A DNA stretch of 64,000 nt from Dirinaria sp. TL-2023a (taxonomy: Eukaryota): positions 1 through 64,000 of the forward strand of contig JAVEBF010000001.1 in assembly GCA_051941275.1 (NCBI GenBank). Direction: 5' to 3'. The stretch's first letter is position 1. Every line of letters begins with the position of its first letter. Below the pieces are notes generated by a model. The model had not been told where the DNA came from. It searched no databases and was given only the letters and a program-made list of their open reading frames with translations. The translations under genes and the position numbers were made by a program. Positions 37,976 through 49,900 of the stretch are shown one piece after another.

Positions 37976-38532
37976 TTAAGCCGAATTTTTGGTACCGAAT
38001 ACACTCTGGATGCTCATACCCGCTGGTATGTTGTAGCATGTTTGGGGCCCTTTGCGATGGTGGTGTTTTGGAGCCTTGATGGTGAGACTAGCTTCCCCGG
38101 CACATTTTTCACTAGTGTAGAGAGTCATAACGTCAAATGCAAGGACTGAGGTGCCCCAATTGATCTGTTCCGTGAAAAGTTAGCTACATCGGAGGCTGAC
38201 TGTTGGGAGAAGGGGATATAGGAATTCAGAGAAGGCTTAAATCGAAAGGGATTGTAGAGATGCAAGGGCTTGGAACTTACGCCGATCGTTTGCTGTGTAG
38301 GGTGGAATGTGATGCAATCACTATGCACTTTGGGCCGTGGCAAAGCATAACCAGCCTTGCACTGCGGATCCGAGTCCGCGTAGGAGGTTATCCAACCGTT
38401 AGTAGCACGTTTCTCGAGTGTTTGTTCGACGAGACTTTGGTTGAACGGTGAATCGTACTCGTTGGTGACCTCTGCTGGAAGAGCGAGGCTGATCGTGCTC
38501 AAGGCAAGGACGACGAAGGATCTGAATTGCAT
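37976..38532 (-). CDS. Small secreted Cys-containing protein with Kex2 pro-domain (effector-like, ~146 aa)
   Basis: MQFRSFVVLALSTISLALP signal; pro-region ends LEKR; intron 38280-38165 (GTAAGT..CTAAC..CAG); exon 2 INWGTS...KC...TCYNIP...SA*; 4 Cys in the mature part. Confidence 0.85.
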
Positions 38533-38799
38533 TGTTGCTGGGTATTGCTGGGTACTGAAACTAGAATAGAGAAACGAGTCTGTAAGGGAGTAGTAATAGT
38601 ATCCAGGTCTGATGTCTATAGTGAACACGAGATTGGTCTTGGGATTCGGGGAATTTTATGTTTCGAAGTGTCGCATAGCTGGTAAGCAAATTCTAGGTGT
38701 TTCATGTGGCCTTTGTATGTTATTGTGCAGTGCAGGTCCTTTGATAGTTACAACTTCGTTTACCCGATTTGGGTCTCAATAGCACTTCGCCATGAACTA

Positions 38800-39757
38800 T
38801 CAATAGGACAGAATAAAGAAACCAAGAAGAAGGTCAAAGGTGATCCTCAAAAATACCCATCGCGCGGCTGGTCGTCGCAGGAATAGAATTGCAACAAACC
38901 TTGTCAACAAGACATTTGACGGGGCAAGACTTACGCTGCCAAGTACGACCACTAGGAAATCTTTGTGACATATCAAAGATGTCAAAGGCAGCTCAACTCG
39001 AAAGACTCCTCTCGAGCTGTGAGACTTGAGAATCTCAAAATGTAAGCCGTGCGAAGCGGTTCTCCTCGCAAAACGAGCCCGTATTGGGCAATGTAACAGC
39101 TGAAGCGATACCATTATAATTAGTTTTTTAAAGGAGCTCATGAAGTCTGATGGCATGATCCAATGTTATTTACGTATGCCCGTCCCAGTCAGGCGTATAC
39201 AAGGAAGGTAGGATTTGACCTGTAAGTGCTGGTTAGTATAGAGCCGAACATACAAGAAGATCATTCGTACCATACATGATTTACCTTTTCTGCATCCACG
39301 CCCATTTAATGTTTATCTCCGAAGCTTACTCCTATCCAAGCTCTTGCAGACTCGTTCTATCCCCTTAGTGTAGGTCTTCGTGTTCTGCTTCGCACTACCA
39401 TGGCTGTCAAGTTGGATCACGGCACATTTTCCTAGTCGGTCCACGAAATTTCCGAGAATTCATTGCCCGAGCATAGCCTTGTCTGAAACGATACTGAGGG
39501 TCGTATTCCATTTCAGCTCAACTATTCGCATCCGTAGCGAGACAACATAGACCGATCGTACCGATCACGATCAATATGAACAACCGAAAGAAGACAGACC
39601 AGTGTGTGGAGTTGTTGCTCTGGGCTCTTGTGCCATCGTATAAGATCGAGCTATATCCCTCTTCAGTTTGTCCTCTGTCATTGTTCGCTGTCCGTTTGCG
39701 CTTGCTGCCTTTTGACAAGTCAATAGCTAGGAGATGGGACGGCGTGAAAGAAGCCAT
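38800..39757 (-). pseudogene. Possible degraded type-II membrane protein gene
   Basis: MASFTP... followed by one TM (WSVFFRLFILIVIGTIGLCCL), then stops/frameshifts and an intron-like segment at ~39220-39270. Confidence 0.3.
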
Positions 39758-40091
39758 GGGTCCTGTACATGGCTTATGTGGCTAGAATCACTTATGAATT
39801 TAGTAGATATTGTATCCCTGAGGAGGTTTCGCTCACCGTGGCGGGACTATTGAGACACTGAAAAGTTACTGTCAGAGCAGATGAAGGACCGCGGACGTTA
39901 TTCCGTTGACTGGCGAGACAGAACATTCACGGTCTCGTACTTTCGAAGGTCGCCGTTGTAAGAAGGCCTCGTACTATATCTCTTATGTGCTCTTGAGCAG
40001 CATACCTCGAAGCCTCTCGAACTGGTGGGGGACATTTAAAGGTGTGTACGTGTCGGTATACTCCGCATGGAGAATTCCGGTCTCTTTGATT

Positions 40092-40788
40092 TCAGCTTCT
40101 TGTTCTACGATCACGTTTCCTTCCAAGTCCTTTGCCCTTAACAATGCCGCTGGGTCGGCTTGGAAGGGATCGGCGGATTCTTCTAGAGTGAGAGTAGCCT
40201 ATGGCCAACCACATATTAGACGGCCACAAGCATTTTGATGCATACCGGCTTACCCTTTCGTATTTCGCTTTTTCCTTCACTGCCGGGGTGTTCACCAGGG
40301 GAACCCAAATCATCCTCACAGCCAGGAATGGGTGCAGGCTTAGCCCTCCGCCCATTCCAACGCAGCTCAAAGAAATAGCGGTACCGAAAAGCTTGCGAGC
40401 GCAAAATTCGATCAGGTGTATCATCTGAAGGGCCACCGTCTTCCGAATCTTCCCCGTCATCGAAATCGGGCGCGGCTATTTGTTCGCCAGGTTCCTCGTA
40501 CACTTCCGGTGTCTCGCGATCCGGTGTCAGCATGTGCGGCCAACTGCTTGGCCAGGCGAGATTGACTCCTCGAGATCCAGGACTATTGGGTCTGGTAGGC
40601 TGGGCGATGCTGTGGCTGTCATAGCTGGGTGTGAGAAGACCCGTAGGTGTTTGGGACCGACTGCTTGCTTGGGAGTGTAGGTGCGGGTTACGAGCCCACC
40701 AAGCCCAGAAGTCTGTGCCATGTAAGGCGACTTTGGCTTCAACACGGCGACCGAATGCCTCGAGTTGTTCTTCGGACATAGGCATCAT
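40092..40788 (-). CDS. Hypothetical protein (2 exons), divergent from the kinase gene
   Basis: 190-aa ORF with GTAAGC donor (~40253), CTAAT branch and TAG acceptor (~40199), joining to a basic tail GYSHSRRIRR...RTRS*. Confidence 0.6.
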
Positions 40789-40795
40789 GATTGAA

Positions 40796-40855
40796 GAACG
40801 AAAGGAACATGAAGAGCGAAAGGAGCATTTAGAGCGGAAGGAGCATTTAGAGCGG
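40796..40855. repeat. 18-bp tandem repeat x3.3 (GAGCGRAAGGAGCATTTA)
   Basis: Units 40796-40813 (diverged), 40814-40831, 40832-40849 and a partial unit 40850-40855; lies just 5' of the minus-strand gene start. Confidence 0.85.
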
Positions 40856-41240
40856 GCTGTGGTGATTGCGACCAGGTGAGATCACGGGGCGAGGAGCTTA
40901 CCTAATACTCGAGGAAGCGTCCTAGTGTATCTATTAGGAACGGTTAGCGTTCTTCACAAGTCCATTCTAGTGACTCTTATGACTCGAGCCAAAGGGCCCA
41001 AACAACTTAAGACGCGTTCGTGAAGAAGCAGCTCCTAATTCAAATACTATATATAGTATTTCACATTTTTGTATGATAGCTGATACTGAGAAAAAGATAC
41101 ACACTCACAAATTCACCGACCCAAACCATCCCCCGCGATACTTCTAGTCATAGAGCTCTATATACTACCTATATATTCAATAATATATCATATCCAGCAT
41201 ATCATTGCGAGAGATCGAATCGATTCTCCGTAGCTCAGAG

Positions 41241-42976
41241 ATGAGCACACTGCGATCCGAACAGGTTACAAAGGACGACTCGGACTCGGTTCCTTTTGCC
41301 AAATTAATTCCTCTCAACGAAGACGCGAAAAAGGCTCTCCATGAATTGATGCAATACCCCTCTCTTTCTTCTTTTCATCGCAGCTTTATTGAAGCAGAGC
41401 GTGTGGCGAGTAGGGAAGAGGTTTGCTCCGCCAGTGATACAGCATCTGGGTCAAGTTTTCGAGACGAAAGCCCGAGCACCCGAGTCGAACTTTGGACAGG
41501 GCATTATGCTCTAGAATTTGAAAAAGCGCCCACCATAGCTTGGCGTGTCGGAAAAGGTTCATCGAAATCAGGAGAAGATCGAGGAGTTGATTTGCTAGTC
41601 TGCCGGCCCGAAAGAGGATCAAAGGCAGGCATTGCAGCACTTCATGCCCTCATCCAATTTCATACCGAATCGGGACTTCTCATGCTCGTCGGCTTGAGTG
41701 ACTCACGTCCCGTCGAATACCTGCTAGACTTCAAGCGATGTCCTCTTTTGCTCCGCCACAATGAAAAGCACGTATTGCACCAAAAAGTCAACAGGTTTTC
41801 CTTAGGAAAGCTCCTTTTTAAACTCGTCTACGAGGATTTGGACGACGCTGGACTCGCTGAGTACACCCGGGTCCGCAACAACTTCTTCAAAACGCTTGGT
41901 CGGCGAATTCCACATGCACACATACATGTTGTACCGCAGAAGCATTTCCATATGATAGGTTCTATTATATTACATCAAAGCCTGAGCTGTGGTACATTCG
42001 GCTGGGTGTACGCAGCTGTTGACTCTCGAACCGGGGTTCCACTGGCTGTCAAGGAGCTGGCAATCAAGGATAAGAGAATAGCCAGAGATCCGGATCTGAG
42101 AAATGAGTTGGAAATTGCGACGTCGTTCAGAGTATGTCCGCAAGGCACAGCCCACTGAGTACATCTTTGGCTAGTTGACGGATCGCTGACTCAATGAAGG
42201 AGCATCCCGGTCTACTACAGGCCGGTCACGTTCAGTGCGATCATGGCCATCCCGGACATTGCGGAACACTTCCCGAACACGTATACATGAGCTTCCCGCT
42301 AGCGATAGGAGACTTTGCTTCTCAAAATTGGTCTTCCATCGACCTGAGTACCACCATCGCTTTACTCCGGGGGCCTTTGCAAGGGTTGAAATCTCTCCAC
42401 GAAGCAGGATACATGCACCGTGACGTTTCTGTCAGAAACCTTCTCGTGATGTCCTTAGACCCTCCCGAGGGCGTGCTATGTGACTACGGTAAGGCACGGC
42501 GCAGCCTTGAGGAAAAAGACTCCAGAATCGGACCTATCCCAACTTTGGCACCAGAAGTTGATGGTGAGGCATACTATGATAGTAAGATCGATGTCTGGGG
42601 TATAGGCTACGTGTGCTGCTGCATCCTGTTTCCCAAGTACCAGCGGCAAAGAGTTGACAATTTCCGTCCTCCCAATCGCAATCTAAACTGGTACGTCGGG
42701 CTTACTCCACTGCTTGAGGCCTACCAAGAGCGAGGACAGCTAGAGCGAAGCTTCGGAGACCTTGTGACCAAGATGATTGCATGGGAACCTAAAAGCCGCA
42801 TGACGGCTGCTCAGGCTCTACAGCACCCGTGCATGCAACAAGACGAGCCATTGTTAACGAGTGAAGTAAGACCAGCCAAAGTCGTGAAGACAAGCCAACC
42901 TGCCGCTGAACAGGCTCTGCAACACGAAGAGATAGCAACAGAAAAAGCTTCCGATCGTGCAGAACCCGCAAATTGA
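41241..42976 (+). CDS. Ser/Thr protein kinase with N-terminal degenerate FHA-like domain
   Basis: FHA-like WRVGKG..DLL..GIAALHALIQFH. Kinase LSCGTFGWV, LAVKEL, NELEI, GYMHRDVSVRNLLV, LCDYG, LAPE, KIDVWGIG, RMTAAQALQHP. One intron ~42132-42199. Confidence 0.9.
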
Positions 42977-44291
42977 TGGAATTAAAATGCTGACGACTCA
43001 GCGATTGGCAGACTGCTTTTTTGAGCTGATGTCACTTCGCAAGAACACCAGGGAAGTGTTTGGAGTGGACCCGAATACGCTACGCTCAGTTAACAGAAAA
43101 CCACCTTCTCATTTGTTCCTTTACATTTTGGCCTAGGCGAACGTCTACAATGGTAGATGTTACGGTCAAAACCACCCGATATCATCAAAAAGCGGTCTTT
43201 AGGGTAATATCCTACAACAATTTCAGTTACCAATTCCACCGTTCCAGAATGAAAGAGGCGGCTAAAGTTGTTTTTAGTATGCTCACCTGCCGAGAGAAGA
43301 CACAACATATGGTAATTCTCTTGAGTACCGAAAATTGACATCGCATCCACGAGTTGGTGATATAGTGAGAAGAAGAAGAAGACGAAGGAGCAAATCAAGA
43401 GACAACACCGGCCATGTTAATTGCTTGAACTTGGATCAAGAATATGAATCGTCGTGCGCACACAGATGCAGGCGCTACTTGCGCAATTAAATTTGTCTCA
43501 GCAGTCTTAAGATACCTATCCTCGACAGTGTCACTCACATCTTCGTATACTAGCCGCTCCTGACCTATCTAGGTATCTCTCCAAACTTTCAAGCAACCTG
43601 CCCGCATGAAGATAACCCACAGGACTAATTTTTCTCCATCTCCATTTTCGTCTCCTTGACACCTTCGTCACCAAAAAAAAGTACTTACTCGTGGTATAAT
43701 TCTCCTTGGTTCGCTTTGCTGCACGGCTTCGTCAATCCTCCATATCACTAAAATATTCTGCAGCATGCACTATTGCATTTCGCTGCATGTATCAATGTTT
43801 TAAAAGCTTGTTCCGACGCTTGAAAAAAATTTCCCCGCTCCATTCTCTGATAAGGAGTTCTATCTAATCAGAGCTTGGGCCAACGAAGACGAAAACGTGC
43901 AACCCGATGTTGCATATGTACGGAGTACTGTATGTACTCTTGAAATGCGGGACGGGTCGCATATGCGCGTGCGAAGCACGCTATGGCAGTCGAAGAACGT
44001 GTGCGATACGGATTACGCAGTAACAACAAATAATTGCGATCGCGTCTCGTCCACAGCAATACATGTTTCGAGTTGTGGCGCACAAGGTGATGGGTGTTAT
44101 TGCTACTTATTTATAGCATTTCGTATGTGGTAGTTCGATATGGATGTGATACGTTCTTCGAACCTCCTTGTTTATTTAAACGCGAACTTCGCGCTGCTGC
44201 TCTCGGTGTCAAAAAGTCTCAATCAATGACTCTAGCTCCGATCCACCTTGTTCGACAGTGACTCAAGTTGGGATGAAAGAGGAGAATAACA

Positions 44292-45659
44292 ATGGCTCGC
44301 CCCACCGCTACAGCTACGGACGTATCATACCAGAAAGCGCACATTAAAGATGATCGACGGCCAGATATTATAGTTTCGCACACAATATGTATTACTTTAG
44401 CCGTTATTGCGGTGGTGCTGCGCTTTATGTCTAGGCGGATGAGAACAGTGAAGGTCGGGTGGGATGATTGTATGATTCTGGCTGGGTTTGTGTTTGCGCT
44501 GGGGCAGGTTGCTGCGGGTTTACTTGGTATGTACGAATTGTGTGGTGTAGACCTTCTGCTACAGGGGTCAAATAAAGGATGGATAGTAATAAGTGCGCTC
44601 TGACGATGATGGTGCCTTTTGGTGCAGGTCTCCGCTACGGTGAAGCCAGACATGCGATCTTGCTCAGGGACCCGAAGACTATCGCAAAGGTACGGAGCCA
44701 AAAACACAACTATATGATAATCTTTCTTGCTCATTGAACGTCGTCAATAGATCGTGATCGCAATCGAGGTACTCTACAATACAGCTATCGCCTGTGTGAA
44801 GCTGTCCTGTCTCCTGCTCTACCGCCGCGTCTTTCCCTCGCGCACCTTCCACATCACCCTCTACGCCATCGGCGGCTTCATCTTCGTCTACAGCTGGGTG
44901 ATCACCATATCTGTGATATTCCAATGCTCGCCGGCCCGCGCGTCCTGGGATGTGAGCGTCCCAAACGCTCAGTGCATTGACTTTAACGTCGAAGCAGTTG
45001 TTTTCGCAGCCCTGAACGCGGCCACCAATATTATTACTGTTTGCCTACCGATGCCGATGCTGTGGCGTCCGAAGCTGCCGTCGGAAAGTCAGATCCAGCT
45101 TATGGGTGTGTTCCTGGTAGGCGCATTGTAAGGATACCTCTCCCTTATTATCCCTTGGATTTGGATACTGTGGGCTGACTGTTGCCGTCTGATATCAAGC
45201 GTCTGTATCGTGTCTATCTACCGCATACCTCAAGTAACCAAAATGTCCCGCGTAGATGCTCCGTGGTCTGATGTGGACACCTGTGTGTGGTCCATGGTGG
45301 AAGTCTGTGTGGGCATCGTCGGCGCCTGTCTACCCACCTACCGCCCGCTTTTCGAATACCTTTGGGGCGAGGATGTAAGACCATTTCGACATCTGGGGAG
45401 GAGAAATAACATTAGTTGGCCGACCAGTCGCAACCATTCGAGAAATGAGATGCCGAGGGCTGCGCAGAAAGTGGAGATGATAGAGCAGAGCCTTAATGTC
45501 CGCGACGATGGAGACAGTGTTCGCAGCGATGAGAGGAGAAGAAGGGCCCCGGAGCTGGATTTAGAAAAGCCATTGCCTCCCCTGGTACCCTGGCATGGAG
45601 ACGAAGAGAGCGAAACTGGCTCCTTGCAACGAGGAGCTCCGTCGCGCTACTGGTTGTAG
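44292..45659 (+). CDS. PTH11-like (rhodopsin-domain) integral membrane protein, 4 exons
   Basis: VVLRFMSRR..VGWDD, YGEARH, VKLSCLLLYRRVF, FQCSP..SWD..C, CLPMPMLW, VSIYRI, WSMVEVCVGIVGACLP; three canonical introns. Confidence 0.92.
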
Positions 45660-46006
45660 GAACAATGAATGGTATGCGAATTTGTGAACTACTTACATGT
45701 GTAACGAAGTGTAAAACACAGAATGAACCAATTCGGCGATTAATGCTGAAATGGAATCTTTTATAAACTGTCTCTATTGTTGCGGATATCAGCTATCTCT
45801 GACGTCAATGGCAGCTGCAGCGACCTCATGCACGAGCACCTCGAATCCAACAGTCTAAATGGATCGCCTTAGGGCTGCCGGAGAATCGATAGCCGTGAGC
45901 ATTATTTATCCCCTCTTTCCCCACCAGCCCCGAATTTCCCTTTTCATTCATCGCAAAAGACCCTCAACCGTACTAACTCATTATTCGCAAGTACCAAAAA
46001 AGAAAA

Positions 46007-47087
46007 ATGGCGTTAGCAACGTTGGCGAAAGAAAAGCCGGTGTTGCCCGGCAAGATCGACATTCACCACCATTTCGTGGCTCGAGGATACTCTCAAGGTA
46101 ATGCCCACATGCCCTCCTCGCTTCAGCTTCTGTCTGCGCGCAGAGAGAGCTAAAATCCCAAATTGCAACACAGCGCTGGCCAACATCGGAGGCGATCCCT
46201 CCGGCTGGGCGATCCCGGAAGGGGGCATTGCCAGGAATCAGGAGTTCATGGCATCGCAGGGGATCGGGATCGCGATGCTCTCGCTCACCTCCCCCGGCTG
46301 CTGTCTCCTGCAAGGCGCAGAATCCACGCAGCTGGCACGGAGTGTCAATGAGGAGGCGGCCGCGATCCGGGACGCGCATCCTTCTCAATTCGGGTTCTTC
46401 GCCTCCGTGCCGGAGATCATCGACAACATGGACGCGGCGATCGCGGAGATCGTGTACGCGCTCGATGTTCTCAAGGCCGATGGGGTGACGCTGTATTCGC
46501 GCTACGGCGAGGAGAATTATTACATCGGTCACCCTGAGTTCGCGCCGTTGTGGGAAGAACTCGATCGCAGAGGCTGTGTGATTTTCCTGCACCCGACGCA
46601 CACGGCGCATCCCAAGTTTGTCAATTCCCATCTCCCGCAGCCGGTCATGGATTACCCCCATGAGACCGCGCGGGCTGCGACTGACCTGATCATGGGTGGC
46701 GTGATACGGAAACACAAGAATATCAAGATCATCCTCTCCCACGCTGGAGGGACACTGCCATACCTGGCAGGTCGGATAGCGACCTCGCTGGCCGATTGCG
46801 GGTTCAGTGAAGTCCCCGAGGACGAGTTCATGGAGGACGCGAAGAGATTCTATTTTGACACGGCGCTATCGAGCAATCCGTATACCCTCGGGCTGTTGCT
46901 GCAATTTACTGGGCCTGAGAATGTGCTTTTTGGGTCAGACTTCCCTTATGCGTCGCACAAAAACATCCAGACCAACACAAGGGGCTTGGAAAAGCACGAT
47001 ATGCTTGAGGAGATGAGGGACAACATTACGAGAAGCAATGCAATACGATTATTTCCAAGACTTGCTAGTATGCTAGAGAAGCGTTAA
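46007..47087 (+). CDS. Amidohydrolase-2 family decarboxylase (6-methylsalicylate decarboxylase PatG-like)
   Basis: Exon 1 KIDIHHHF metal motif, one intron, then ARSVNE, FGFFASVP, IFLHP, DYPHETARAA, ILSHAGGTLPYL, FYFDTALS, LFGSDFPY. Confidence 0.92.
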
Positions 47088-47269
47088 GAGAACCACGCAA
47101 GTGACACAGCTCTCGATTAGGTACCTTGAGATTTAGTGGACTTAAAAAGATAGCTGTGAAGGCAATGCAGATTACGACACTTTTCCTTATAGAAACGAGC
47201 TTATTCACACCTTCACTCCAAGTTTCACGTAAACTCGTATCCCCAGAGCTGCAGGTCACGAATTTGGAT

Positions 47270-48271
47270 TCAAATGGTGCCCGACTTTACAATCAAGACT
47301 TTTGAGCTCGGAATCCTAGCATTGGTCAGTGAGGAACGAAGCAAAATCATAGAACTCTGCTTGCCCGCTTGAAGATCCACATTCTTCAACAGCTTTCACA
47401 TACTCCTGCCCCTGCACCACCTCGCCGAACACAGTGTGCTTGCCATTAAGATGTGGAGTAGGGACTGTCGTGATGAAGAATTGCGAGCCGTTACTGTAGG
47501 AAGATAGAAATCAGTGATTGCCAAAAGAGACTTGATCAGAGAGGGCTCGGCCTACGTGTTGGGTCCTGAGTTTGCCATGCTTTTCGGAGAGAGAGTCCAA
47601 GTCAGTAACCACGTGATTGTTCAAGGACTTTGTAGGACACTTACGACAGCAAATACGGCCGGTCGTGCTTGCGAACAAAATTCTCGTCATTGAATTTAGC
47701 GCCGTAGATCGACTTTCCACCAGTTCCCTGCCACGCACAACCGTAAGTAAGTAGAAGGAATCCCGAATTGAGGATCCGAAAATATATTTGCAAAAGACTC
47801 AGGGGACAGAATTGTACCCGTCAAGCAGGAGAGAGAAAGTAACTGACATTCCCAGCAGTAAAGTCACCTCCCTGGAGCATAAAACCGGGAATGATTCGAT
47901 GGAAAGAGGAGCCTTGATAGCCATAGCCCTTCTCGCCGGTGCATAAAGCACGGAAATTCTCCGCGGTCTTCGGTACTACGTCATAGTATAGATCGAAGAC
48001 GATTTTGGCCGGGGGACCTAGGCGCACCATCGTCAGTTGAAGTTGAGACGGTATCAAAAGTACGCCTTTAGCTATACCGTCGTTTACAGTGACGTCAAAG
48101 TAGCATTGAGACTTTGAACTGGTGGCCGTCGAGGCTGATGACTGCTGCGCTGGCGTTGTAGCTTGGAGTAGTACATCAGTGCTTCTATGATATCTCAGGC
48201 CTCGAGGATACCATACCAGCTTGGTCGTCCCCCTTGGACTTGCCACGCAACTTGTTGAGCAACTTGGACAT
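47270..48271 (-). CDS. Cyclophilin-type peptidyl-prolyl isomerase (single domain, 7 exons)
   Basis: [77 protein letters not shown]. Final exon [14 protein letters not shown] reached via GC-AG intron 47364-47316. Confidence 0.9.
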
Positions 48272-48711
48272 ACTGCTAGTATGCTTATGTAGGTTAGAAG
48301 CTCTCACAGGAAACTGAGATGGAGGAGAAACAGGGAAATGGTGTGGCCGATCGGGCCAAGCAACTGCAGCTTAGCGCTCCCATGTTTAGGCGACACGGCT
48401 TGTATAGAGGACCAAAACATTCAACACGCATGAGAAGCCCTTACGCCCTATCTAACGGACATGTAAAGATATTGGAGCAACAGTAAGAGACCCCAGCATT
48501 TTCATCTTCTAAGAATGAAAATCTCATTCCAGTCACGGTCTGACTATCGATAATCTTCCCTCGGCCGTCTCAACTCGCACCCGAGTATTTATGAAAATAT
48601 ATTATCTCGCCACTGTAAGGCAAACATGTCAATGATCAAGCATATCGGTTCTCGCGACTGTCGCCTATGCACCGTTTGGACGTTTGCCAAACTTTTCAAT
48701 TTGAAAGGCCA

Positions 48712-49900
48712 TTAACCATCATGATGTTCGTCTGCCAGTCTCAGTCGGCGCCGCATTTTCTTGCTCGTTGCTTTTGTTGCATTTGTACAGTTAACTATCG
48801 GCATCACAATAACACTGCTCATAGCCCTTCTCGCAACGTCTGTCTTAGCAATACCTGTTTCGCACGCGTCCTCAGGCGCAGGGTAGAAATCCCACCAATT
48901 TGGCGTGTTAGCGTCAAAGCTATCATCCAGCTCGTTAAGTGCGTAAGAAATAGCGTCAACGCGCATTTCGAGCTCCTGATGCGATCCGGATCCCGGGGCA
49001 TACTCCTCCTCTGCTTTAAGAACTTTCTCCTCAATCTCGGCGACGAGGACGAAATCTTGGTTACCGGGGTTGAATTTCATTCGTTCCGCCAGGTCTGGGT
49101 TCCATATCATCAGAGTCAAGAAAGTCGAGCTCGCCGCTAACTCAGCAGTGCTTTATTAGTATAGGTAAGTAGAGTGATGCAGAGTGATTGGTACACACGA
49201 AAATGCTCGAAAAAGCCGTTGCCCGCTATGCTAACATCGTCGAGAAGTCTACCGAAGTTCTGGGTAAGAAACCCTCCGCCTTGGAATTCACCTTCTCTCT
49301 CAATGCACCTCTCTATTACACGTCCTGCCATGCGTCGAATGCCATACCCTGGAAACTCGATATATTCAATCTCCGCTGCGGCTGGGCCCGAAGTTTGAAA
49401 CACTATCTCGCATGTGCCTATGTGGCATCAAACCAAGTATAGGGTCAGAAAACAACATGTACGCCTACCGGATCTGCTAACCTTACCATGCTTGACACTG
49501 AAAGGGAGTGTGTGTGGATCACCTTCAGCAGGGCCATTTTTCCATATGATGGGGTGTGCATCTTCGGGAATCAAGCTGAAAGCAATTTTGCAATCATCAA
49601 AAGTTGGCTTGGTAGGTTGATTGAATTGTGGGTTACACTCTTCAATATCTGGTGCGACCGGTGCAGGAAACGCCATGCTGGGCGGCCAAATTATGTTGTT
49701 CGGCCCCGCAGGATACAAGTGTCAGCTCGAAGGTGATAATAAGGTATCATCAAGCTGATCCACTTATGATAGTCAGTGTCGCTTATCGGATCAATTCTCC
49801 TGAGTCGCTGTCGCCTCCCTTCTAGCGGCTCAGAGCGGCTGTCGGGAGTCTTATCTAGGCGCTTGTCAACTCGTAATACAAGTATGACACAGCCATAAAG
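48712..49900 (-). pseudogene. 4-Cys-domain protein of the same family as 31552-32682; 5' end disrupted
   Basis: EECNPQF..TFDDCKIAF..LPFSVKHG|TCEIVF..RRMAGRVIERC..GGGF with two clean introns. In-frame TGA just upstream (~49722-49724); no clean start or signal exon found. Confidence 0.55.

Noticed and set aside
45981..46742. 253-aa antisense ORF over the amidohydrolase, and similar shadow ORFs over the DUF4874-like, caleosin and SnoaL genes
   Set aside because: Explained by GC-rich codon bias on the coding strand; no recognisable motifs.
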